A program made the translations under genes and the position numbers. This document shows, in pieces, positions 53,621 through 60,908 of a stretch of 61,687 nucleotides of DNA; positions within the stretch are counted from its first letter, which is position 1; each line of letters opens with the position of its first letter. This DNA is from Planctomycetia bacterium (GTDB taxonomy: Bacteria; Planctomycetota; Planctomycetia; Pirellulales; UBA7805). The notes beneath the pieces were generated by a model, which had not been told where the DNA came from, searched no databases, and saw nothing but the letters and a program-made list of their open reading frames with translations. Location of the stretch: NCBI GenBank assembly GCA_021413585.1, contig JAIOQB010000204.1, positions 1 to 61,687 on the forward strand. Reading direction: 5' to 3'.

Positions 53621-55642
53621 ATGAGCCAGGCTCCCGTTGATGTTGCTGTTGGTATCTCTTCCACTCGGCGCGATTTTGGCGAACGAGTCCCGCAGCCGGC
53701 CGACGAGCCACAAGAGCCGAAGTACGACTACCCCGGCATCCCAACGACGTGCGACGGCGCGGAAGCCGTGGTCCACGTCGAGACGAACATCTCGCAAGGG
53801 ACCGGCGCGTACCCCATCACCAGCTCGACGACGATGGGCGGGGGCTTCAATGCCGCCGCGCAAAACGGCCGGCCCAATCTGTGGGGCGACCAACTCGTGT
53901 TCATGGAGCCGGAGAGCGAGCATTCGGCCGCTTCGTTCTGCGAGGGCTTTGCTCTTGCCGGCGGGCGCGTGACGAACTTCACGTCCGGCCAGGGCTTGGT
54001 GCTAATGAAAGAGGTGCTGTACACGATCTCCGGCAAGCGGCTCCCGGTGGTGTTCAACATCGGGGCCAGGGCGCTGACCAGCCATTCGCTCAACGTCCAC
54101 GCGGGGCACGACGACCTGATGTCGGTCGCGGACTGCGGCTGGGGGATGCTGTTTGGCCGCAATGCCCAGGAGGCGGCCGATCTGTGCCTGATCTGCCGCC
54201 GCGCGGCCGAGGCGTCGCAGACGCCGTTCTTCAACGTGCAGGATGGATTTCTGACCACGCACACTGTCGAGACGGCCCGGCTGCCGGAACTGGAGTTCAT
54301 GCGCGAGTACATCGGCCCGCCGCAGGAAAAGCTGGTCAACCTGATGGATCCGGAAAGCCCGATGATGTCGGGCGTGGTGCAGAATCAAGATTCGTACATG
54401 AAGGGCAAAATCGCCCAGCGGTGGTACTACGACCGCGTCGGGCCGGCCCTTTCCGAAGCTTTTGCCGAGTTCGGCCGCCGCACGGGACGCAAATACGACT
54501 TCCTGAAAAAGTACCGCACCGACGACGCCGACTTCATCCTGATCGGCATGGGCAGCTACATGGAAACGGCCCAGGTCACGGTCGATTACCTGCGCGACAA
54601 ACTCGGCATCAAAGCGGGCTGCGTGACAATTTATTGCTTCCGGCCATTTCCAGGGCGGCAAATTGTCGAGGCGCTCAAGCACTGTCGGGCGTTCTCGGTG
54701 ATCGAACGGATGGACGATCCGCTTTCCACCACCGGCAACCATCTGACGCGTGAGATCAAAGCCGCGTTTTGCGACGCCGCTACCGGACAGATGGGACAAG
54801 AGCCGCTGGACCGGATTCCGCACATCTACCACGGCGCCGCCGGACTGGGGAGCCGCGACGTCCGGCCGGCGGACATCATCGCGATCTTTGAAAACATGAT
54901 TGACGACGGCCAGGATTACTTCTGCGTGGGGATCGATCATCCGCTGGCGCTGAAGCGAACCGACGATCCGGACCTGCGGCCGCCGGGAGGCTTTTCGATG
55001 CGCGGGCATTCGGTCGGCGGGTTCGGCTCCGTGACCACGAACAAAGTGATCGCCACGATCGGCGGCCAGGTGTTTGGCAAGGATGTGCAGGCGTATCCCA
55101 AGTACGGCTCGGAGAAAAAGGGACTGCCGACGACGTATTACTTGACGATCGCCGACGAGCACATTTTGACGCACAGCGAACTGGAGTTCGTCGATCTGGT
55201 GGTGCTCAACGACGGCAACGCGATCTTCAGCGGCGACCCGCTCGATGGGGTCGTTAAAGGAGGCGCGGTCTACATGCAGTCACATTACGAAGACCCGGCC
55301 GACGTCTGGGCCCGGATTCCGCCGGAGAAAAAGGCCGCCATCCGCGAGCGCCGCATCCGCGTGTACTACTGCGACATGGTGCAGATTGCTCGCGAGGTGG
55401 CGTCCGAGGCGGATCTGGAGATGCGCATGCAGGGGATCGTGCTACTCGGTGCCTTCCTGCGACTGACCCCCTACGCCCGCGACAGCGGCATGACCGATGA
55501 TCAGGTCTTTGCCGGCGTCGAGAAGGCGCTGCGTAAATATTTTGGCAAGCGAGGCGACCGTGTGGTGCAGGATAACCTGACGTGCGTAAAACGCGGGTAT
55601 AGCGAGATGAAGGAAATTCCGCAGGAGATGATTCAGCGTTGA
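53621..55642 (+). CDS. pyruvate:ferredoxin oxidoreductase, N-terminal part (alpha+gamma domains)
   Basis: GAYPITSST, ESEHSA, FTSGQGL, GHSVGGFGSV and YGSEKKG motifs. Confidence 0.93.
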   Translation: MSQAPVDVAVGISSTRRDFGERVPQPADEPQEPKYDYPGIPTTCDGAEAVVHVETNISQGTGAYPITSSTTMGGGFNAAAQNGRPNLWGDQLVFMEPESEHSAASFCEGFALAGGRVTNFTSGQGLVLMKEVLYTISGKRLPVVFNIGARALTSHSLNVHAGHDDLMSVADCGWGMLFGRNAQEAADLCLICRRAAEASQTPFFNVQDGFLTTHTVETARLPELEFMREYIGPPQEKLVNLMDPESPMMSGVVQNQDSYMKGKIAQRWYYDRVGPALSEAFAEFGRRTGRKYDFLKKYRTDDADFILIGMGSYMETAQVTVDYLRDKLGIKAGCVTIYCFRPFPGRQIVEALKHCRAFSVIERMDDPLSTTGNHLTREIKAAFCDAATGQMGQEPLDRIPHIYHGAAGLGSRDVRPADIIAIFENMIDDGQDYFCVGIDHPLALKRTDDPDLRPPGGFSMRGHSVGGFGSVTTNKVIATIGGQVFGKDVQAYPKYGSEKKGLPTTYYLTIADEHILTHSELEFVDLVVLNDGNAIFSGDPLDGVVKGGAVYMQSHYEDPADVWARIPPEKKAAIRERRIRVYYCDMVQIAREVASEADLEMRMQGIVLLGAFLRLTPYARDSGMTDDQVFAGVEKALRKYFGKRGDRVVQDNLTCVKRGYSEMKEIPQEMIQR

Positions 55643-55708
55643 GGCTATCGGCTATCAGCCGGAAAAGTTTCAGCGTGTCATGTTGCCGACAGCCGATAGC
55701 TGACAGCC
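55643..55708. repeat. inverted pair of GGCTATC / GCCGATA heptamer arrays
   Basis: GGCTATCGGCTATCAGCC ... GCCGACAGCCGATAGCTGACAGCC between the two PFOR genes. Confidence 0.75.
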
Positions 55709-55728
55709 CTTTTTCAGCAGGACAACAC

Positions 55729-57663
55729 ATGGCCACCGATACTCGCGGCTCGATGAATGCGGCCAGCCCCCGCGACCCGTTCAACAACAACAGCTACGGC
55801 ACGCTGGTCGATCGCGACTACAAATCGATCCGACTGCCGATTCTGGACGTGAACGATTTCAACGATCGGATCATTCGCGGCTATGAGGAAGGCTCGGCCG
55901 AGAAAAGTTTGCCGGCCGATCTGACGGTGGCCCGGTCGCTGGTGCCGGCCGGCACCGCCACGCTCCGCGATTTCAGTTACATCGCTCCGGAAATCCCGGA
56001 ATATATTCCCGAGAACTGCACCGGCTGCATGGACTGCGTCACACTCTGCCCCGACACCGCCATCCTGGGCAAGGTGCTGGCGGAGTCGGAGTTGGAAACC
56101 CGGCTCTCGACGATCCCCGATCCGGCTGAGCGCGAAATGTTCCGCCGCCAATGGTCCGAGCCGCGCAAGTATTTTGAAGGCCCGAAGAAGAAAGGCCAGG
56201 AAGGAGGCAAGTTCGCCATCATCATCGACCCCAGCAAGTGCAAGGGGTGCGCCGAATGCGTGACCGTGTGCGATGACGCGGCACTGAAGATGGTGGCCAA
56301 GAGCGACGACCTGATCACCAGCGTGCGCAAAAGCCATCGGTTCTTCAAGAACTTTGGTCCGTCGAACGAAAAATACATCAACGACAATCTGCTGATCGAC
56401 ATGATGCTCAAGGAGTCGGCCCATGTGTATGTCGGCGGGGCCGGCAGTTGCGCCGGCTGCGGCGAAGGCACTGCCCTGCGCATGTTGTGCGCCGCCACCG
56501 GAGCCAAACACGGCGACGACTGGGGCATCTTGGCGGCCACCGGCTGCAACACCGTCTATACATCGACCTATCCTTACAACCCGTACCTCGTGCCGTGGTC
56601 CAACTCGCTCTTTGAAAACGCGCCGGCGTTTGCGATGGGGGTGCGCACGCGCTGGGACCAGTTGGGCTGGAAGCAAAAACCGCTGTGGTGTCTCGGCGGC
56701 GACGGGGCGATGTTCGACATCGGGTTTCAATCGCTCAGTCGGCTGTTGGCATCTGGGATGAACGTCAAGGTGTTCGTGCTCGACACGCAGGTGTACAGCA
56801 ACACGGGCGGCCAGGCGTCGACCAGCACGTTCATGGGCCAGAACACAAAGATGAGCGTGCATGGCAAGCTGCACGATGGCAAGCAGGAACGCCGCAAGGA
56901 GATCGCCCAGATTGCGATGATGCACCCTCGCACGTACGTGGCCCAAACGACCTGTGCCCATGTGAATCACTTCTATCGGTGCGTTCTCGACGCGCTCGAG
57001 TTCGACGGCCCGGCGATCGTCTGCTGCTACACCACCTGCCAGCCCGAACACGGCGTGGCCGACAACATGGCCACGGATCAGGCTCGGTTAGCGGTTGATT
57101 CGCGGGCATTCCCGCTGCTGATCTTCGATCCGCGCAAAGGGGCCACGATCCATGAGCGGCTCTCGCTGCAAGGCAACCCGGCCGTCAACGACGACTGGTG
57201 GGTGAACCCCAAGAGCGGCCAACAGGTCGACTTCATCGACTTTGCCCGCAGCGAGGGGCGGTTTTCAAAACACTTTGACGCCGACGGCAACCCCAGCCAC
57301 ACACTGCAAATGGCCAAGCAGGACCGGCTGGAAAACTGGCACGTGCTGCAAGAACTGGCCGGCGTGCTGAAATCGACCGTCGCAAAAATAGCCCCCGGCT
57401 CCGCCGGGGGGCCGCCGGCGAAAGCGGCCAAGAACCCGCCCGCGGCAAAAACCCAGACCGCCGGCAACGGTCACCGCGCGCCGCTTCCCGATGGATTCAG
57501 CATTGGCACGCGAATCAAATACCGCGACGGCGACCACTGGGTCTCCGGACTCGTCGAAGCCCTCAGTCCTGTGCTGCTCTCGTTCGACGACGAAACCGAA
57601 ATCCGCGTCCCGGATGAAGTCCTCGGCGACGCGATCCGCGAGGGACTGGTCGCACGCGGCTGA
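55729..57663 (+). CDS. pyruvate:ferredoxin oxidoreductase, ferredoxin + TPP-binding part
   Basis: CTGCMDCVTLCP, CKGCAECVTVC, SCAGCGE, GGDGAMFDIG and YSNTGGQ motifs. Confidence 0.93.
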   Translation: MATDTRGSMNAASPRDPFNNNSYGTLVDRDYKSIRLPILDVNDFNDRIIRGYEEGSAEKSLPADLTVARSLVPAGTATLRDFSYIAPEIPEYIPENCTGCMDCVTLCPDTAILGKVLAESELETRLSTIPDPAEREMFRRQWSEPRKYFEGPKKKGQEGGKFAIIIDPSKCKGCAECVTVCDDAALKMVAKSDDLITSVRKSHRFFKNFGPSNEKYINDNLLIDMMLKESAHVYVGGAGSCAGCGEGTALRMLCAATGAKHGDDWGILAATGCNTVYTSTYPYNPYLVPWSNSLFENAPAFAMGVRTRWDQLGWKQKPLWCLGGDGAMFDIGFQSLSRLLASGMNVKVFVLDTQVYSNTGGQASTSTFMGQNTKMSVHGKLHDGKQERRKEIAQIAMMHPRTYVAQTTCAHVNHFYRCVLDALEFDGPAIVCCYTTCQPEHGVADNMATDQARLAVDSRAFPLLIFDPRKGATIHERLSLQGNPAVNDDWWVNPKSGQQVDFIDFARSEGRFSKHFDADGNPSHTLQMAKQDRLENWHVLQELAGVLKSTVAKIAPGSAGGPPAKAAKNPPAAKTQTAGNGHRAPLPDGFSIGTRIKYRDGDHWVSGLVEALSPVLLSFDDETEIRVPDEVLGDAIREGLVARG

Positions 57664-57677
57664 ACATCATGTTGCCC

Positions 57678-57704
57678 GTTAGCCGCCGCTCCCCGAGCGG
57701 CGCG
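57678..57704. repeat. GTTAGCCGCC-family REP single copy
   Basis: GTTAGCCGCCGCTCCCCGAGCGGCGCG. Confidence 0.8.
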
Positions 57705-57708
57705 AGCC

Positions 57709-58041
57709 ATGTCGATTTCCAACTCTTCGGTGCCGCGAGCCACGCACGATTTCCAGTCCGGGGACGTTACCGCCGCAATCGACTTCCTCAAGCGAACTCG
57801 CAACGAGCTGCGCACCATCCGCAAAGTCCGCGTCTACGTGGACCGCGTCGAAGTCATCGACGTAAACAACGACTTCTTTGAAATCCGGGGCCTCGGCTAT
57901 CCGGATGCCGACGTGCTGCCAATCCTGCAGAACGTCAATGCGGCGTTCAATCCCGAGACGATCCAAGCTCCGACGGCCGACCAGTATAAGGAATTCGGCG
58001 CCGGCCGGCGGTATACTTGGGCCCAGGATCGGGTGATGTAA
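57709..58041 (+). CDS. hypothetical protein following PFOR
   Basis: Core-like codon usage; same strand as the PFOR genes. Confidence 0.8.
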   Translation: MSISNSSVPRATHDFQSGDVTAAIDFLKRTRNELRTIRKVRVYVDRVEVIDVNNDFFEIRGLGYPDADVLPILQNVNAAFNPETIQAPTADQYKEFGAGRRYTWAQDRVM

Positions 58042-58072
58042 GCGGGCCGTCCAGCGACGAGAATCGACAACG

Positions 58073-58339
58073 ATGACAGACAACCCTTATGAATCGTCGC
58101 AAGTCGCTGAAAACCCAGCAACAGTCGAGCCAAACGTCCCGGCCAAGGTTGCACGACCGAGTGGCCGAGCAATGGAATTATTTCCGGCAATCGGTTTGGC
58201 CCTGACCATGGGGGCCCTCATGCTGCTGACGTGTATGTGCGGTTATCTTCCGGCATTTGCGCTGCCTGTCACGGGGTTGGGAGCCATATTGTCGCGGGTA
58301 GCTTTTATTGCCCGTCGCAGTCCGCCCCTGCCGTGGTGA
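58073..58339 (+). CDS. small membrane protein (N-terminal NPY motif)
   Basis: MTDNPYES plus two hydrophobic segments. Confidence 0.65.
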   Translation: MTDNPYESSQVAENPATVEPNVPAKVARPSGRAMELFPAIGLALTMGALMLLTCMCGYLPAFALPVTGLGAILSRVAFIARRSPPLPW

Positions 58340-58562
58340 GTGTTATGCGCGGTATGTGTCGTTGTCACGACGCTTGTGCTCCTCAAGAACATTCACAATG
58401 TTCTTTGGTCGGGGCACGATCCACTATTGTAATCGATTGCGAAACAATACGAAAACGACCAGATCCTCCGAAATCTTGACGACGGACGCCGCCCGCTCGC
58501 AAGACAACTCGTGGTTGGTAGTGTCTTAATCCTGTGTGCAGCCGCCTCTTTGCGTAGAGATT

Positions 58563-58838
58563 CTAACCTCGACGCAAAGCTACAAGCGAGATAACCGCGA
58601 GCAACACCATGACTAGAAAGCCGCCGCACGTTTGCCCAAATAAATGCTTAGCCAATAGCTTGTCGCCGTCATAAGGGGCGATTTTCCCCACGGTACGCAG
58701 ATTGCGGAGATCGCGCCACGAAATGAACCAAGAGACGGGAAATCCGTTTGAGCGTAGCAAAGCCTTTGCCCGATGCCAGTTGGCGAATACTATCACGACC
58801 GTCCAGAACAGACAAAATGAAAAGATGGCGACAATCAT
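58563..58838 (-). CDS. small two-TM hypothetical protein
   Basis: Two hydrophobic segments; A/T-richer. Confidence 0.55.
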   Translation of the reverse strand: MIVAIFSFCLFWTVVIVFANWHRAKALLRSNGFPVSWFISWRDLRNLRTVGKIAPYDGDKLLAKHLFGQTCGGFLVMVLLAVISLVALRRG

Positions 58839-58878
58839 ATAAGCATCCCCCGGATCGTGAATTGGAAGCGGGGCGGGG

Positions 58879-59139
58879 TCATGGGGGTGGTGGATTTGGT
58901 TCTTTGGTCCGGCTTCGATGGCGTCGCTTTGAAGCCGAAACAGTGGCCCAAATCATTGCCCAAGCAAGCAATAAAAGATATGGCAGGACGATGAAGATAG
59001 GAAGCATATCTGGCTTAGCGCCGCCCGTCACTGGCCGGGGACGGAAAGCCGCGTCCAAGCAATTCAATCCGACAAATGTCGCGACCGCCAAAACGATCTT
59101 CAGGCCAGACAGAAACCGGCTTTTTGGTTTTTCTTCCAT
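58879..59139 (-). CDS. small two-TM hypothetical protein
   Basis: Two hydrophobic segments; basic and Pro-rich tail. Confidence 0.55.
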   Translation of the reverse strand: MEEKPKSRFLSGLKIVLAVATFVGLNCLDAAFRPRPVTGGAKPDMLPIFIVLPYLLLLAWAMIWATVSASKRRHRSRTKEPNPPPP

Positions 59140-59383
59140 GGCCCTGATTCTAGCAGGGGGCGGGGGGGCAGATTCTGAACCTTGAATTTGGGCCGAAGGT
59201 CGATATGCTCACGGGACGAGGTGGTGGCTTGGCTGTCCCGCTGGCATCGCCTGCATCGGGCCACCGCAAGCCGCGAACCGCCGTGTGTACGCTTGTGTCC
59301 GAAGATGTTACGCTTGTTGACGTTGTGTACACGCTTTGTCTACAAGTTGTCGGCGCAACTTCTTTGGTGGCCTAACTTTCCGT

Positions 59384-59412
59384 TTGACAAGGCCTCAGTT
59401 TTCAAGTATGTT
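59384..59412 (+). promoter_or_regulatory. sigma70-type promoter
   Basis: TTGACA-N17-TATGTT. Confidence 0.65.
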
Positions 59413-59468
59413 TGGACGATGTTACGGATGTTGCAGCCGAATGGCGTCAGCCGTCCCGAATGGAATTT

Positions 59469-59501
59469 GGGCTGCTCCCTGGAGGGCGGCCCTGTTTTTT
59501 T
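59469..59501 (+). terminator. intrinsic terminator-like hairpin before the DUF3467-like gene
   Basis: GGGCTGCTC/GGGCGGCCC 9-bp stem followed by TGTTTTTTT. Confidence 0.6.
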
Positions 59502-59510
59502 GCGCAGATA

Positions 59511-59807
59511 ATGATGGAAAGCCAGCAACAAAAATATCAGATTCAATTTCCCGTCGATGGTGGACCCGTAACGCTTGTAAATAACGTCATCGGGCAAGCA
59601 GATCCGGTCGAGGGCTTGGTGTATCTATTATTTACACAGTCACCGCCGCCTATTCATTTGGAAGAAGTGTCAGACGTTCATACTATCAAATCCATCCCCG
59701 TGGCGCGGGTCGCATTAACACTTAACAAGGCGAAAAGCGTATTGGCTTTACTCCAAAAGCAGATAGCTGCTATTGAATCGTATGAGGAGGGGGACAGCAA
59801 TGACTAA
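59511..59807 (+). CDS. DUF3467-like small protein
   Basis: VNNVIG...LLFTQ.PPP...VARVALTL.KAKSVL.LL pattern. Confidence 0.65.
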   Translation: MMESQQQKYQIQFPVDGGPVTLVNNVIGQADPVEGLVYLLFTQSPPPIHLEEVSDVHTIKSIPVARVALTLNKAKSVLALLQKQIAAIESYEEGDSND

Positions 59808-60006
59808 AGCCATGCTAGACAGTTCCAGGAGGAGAACGGTAGTTACAAACGTCCTGGGATCGGCAGTCTGCTTTACAGATAGCCAGAACGACGAATATTG
59901 GGGCACGGACAAAGACTGGGAAGAGGTCAATCGGTCAATGCCGCTAGGGCCCCAGATCGCCGCCGTCGCCGATTATATGGAAAGAACAGGACAAGCATCG
60001 GCGTAG
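59800..60006 (+). CDS. 68-aa hypothetical protein (possible antitoxin)
   Basis: GAGGAGG RBS; overlaps the upstream stop; directly precedes the PemK-like gene. Confidence 0.6.
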   Translation: MTKAMLDSSRRRTVVTNVLGSAVCFTDSQNDEYWGTDKDWEEVNRSMPLGPQIAAVADYMERTGQASA

Positions 60007-60012
60007 CGGCTC

Positions 60013-60405
60013 GTGCCAGATATAACACTCCAAATTGGCGCTATAGCGTGGGCTCGGGTTCGCGAGCCCACGATTGAGCGACGGCTGCTTGAAGAACATC
60101 CGACCGTCGTTTTGAGTACGAACGAGGAAATTGCCAACGGCGATAACCTCTGGGTGGCTGTTGTTACGACGACATACAGCATCCCTCTTCCATTCGGGCA
60201 ATTCTATTTGCCCACCATGCCACAGCCGGGCGGTCATCCACAGACTGGGCTTACGCAAGCGTGCGTCGTAAAGGGAACTTGGCTGGACGAAATTGCACAA
60301 GACAGTGTGCAAAGAATCACTGGCCGCGCCCCTATAGCAGTCGTTAAAAAGTTGCGCGATTGGATTCTTAGCAAAAAGCGCGAACAATCCGAAGGCCCAG
60401 AGTGA
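60013..60405 (+). CDS. PemK/MazF-like toxin family protein
   Basis: G.IAW, HPTVVLS, VAVVTTT, GHPQTGL..CVVK..WL..I, G.AP layout. Confidence 0.75.
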   Translation: MPDITLQIGAIAWARVREPTIERRLLEEHPTVVLSTNEEIANGDNLWVAVVTTTYSIPLPFGQFYLPTMPQPGGHPQTGLTQACVVKGTWLDEIAQDSVQRITGRAPIAVVKKLRDWILSKKREQSEGPE

Positions 60406-60441
60406 CATTAACCTGTGGCCGTTCTCCCACGCTAACTGTAT

Positions 60442-60534
60442 GGAGAGCGGCCCGCGCCTTGGACGGCGCAGCGGCCTTATAAACCGCCCCAGGGGACGGC
60501 ATGCGCCGGCTGGGTTCGATTCCCCCTCTCTCCG
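60442..60534 (+). tRNA. non-canonical tRNA-like RNA: 9-bp acceptor / 3-bp T-stem (allo-tRNA type), anticodon UAU, long variable arm, G discriminator, no encoded CCA
   Basis: GGAGAGCGG/CCTCTCTCC; D arm GCGCC-TTGGAC-GGCGC; anticodon arm GCGGC-CTTATAA-ACCGC; variable arm CGGC-ATGC-GCCG; T arm GGG-TTCGATT-CCC. Confidence 0.78.
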
Positions 60535-60535
60535 C

Positions 60536-60712
60536 TTAGCGCTTCTGTGCGCGCCCAGCGGCCCTCAGAAGCGTCTCACGCGCCCAGGTAGCCATTTTCC
60601 CGCTGGCAGCTTTATCCAGCGACTTGGCCTCTTCCGGCGTGAAACGTATTTCCAGACGCTCTGTGTGGCGTTCCGCGGCTTTCTTCGGGGGTCGGCCCCT
60701 CTTGGATTCCAT
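60536..60712 (-). CDS. 58-aa ribbon-helix-helix DNA-binding protein (absent from the ORF track)
   Basis: Hand translation MESKRGRPPKKAAERHTERLEIRFTPEEAKSLDKAASGKMATWARETLLRAAGRAQKR*. Confidence 0.8.
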   Translation of the reverse strand: MESKRGRPPKKAAERHTERLEIRFTPEEAKSLDKAASGKMATWARETLLRAAGRAQKR

Positions 60713-60718
60713 AGCCTA

Positions 60719-60780
60719 AATATACCGGTAAAAAATAAATGGTCAAGCCTATTGACGGCCGATATATTTACCGGTAAAAT
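60719..60780. promoter_or_regulatory. divergent sigma70 promoters with two TACCGGTA operators
   Basis: + strand TTGACG(60752)-N17-TAAAAT; - strand TTGACC-N16-TATATT; boxes at 60723-60730 and TTTACCGGTAAA at 60767-60778. Confidence 0.75.
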
Positions 60781-60908
60781 AATCGCATGACAAAGAAAAA
60801 CCCCGCCGACTGTTGAAGCAGCCGCCGGGGCAAGACAACCAGGCCGAAACCTAGAAGCCTCTCGCAAAAGCATTCTAGCATCGGTCGCAGACTCCGAAAG
60901 CCCGACCG

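Noticed and set aside
59419-59468. Canonical ToxI-type tandem repeat antitoxin
   Set aside because: Only 6-9 nt partial repeats are present, with no ~35-nt tandem units. It is kept only as an architecture-level resemblance.
60442-60534. tRNA-Sec or ordinary tRNA-Ile
   Set aside because: The anticodon is UAU, not UCA. The stems are 9/3, not 8/5 (Sec) or 7/5, and the long variable arm does not fit tRNA-Ile.
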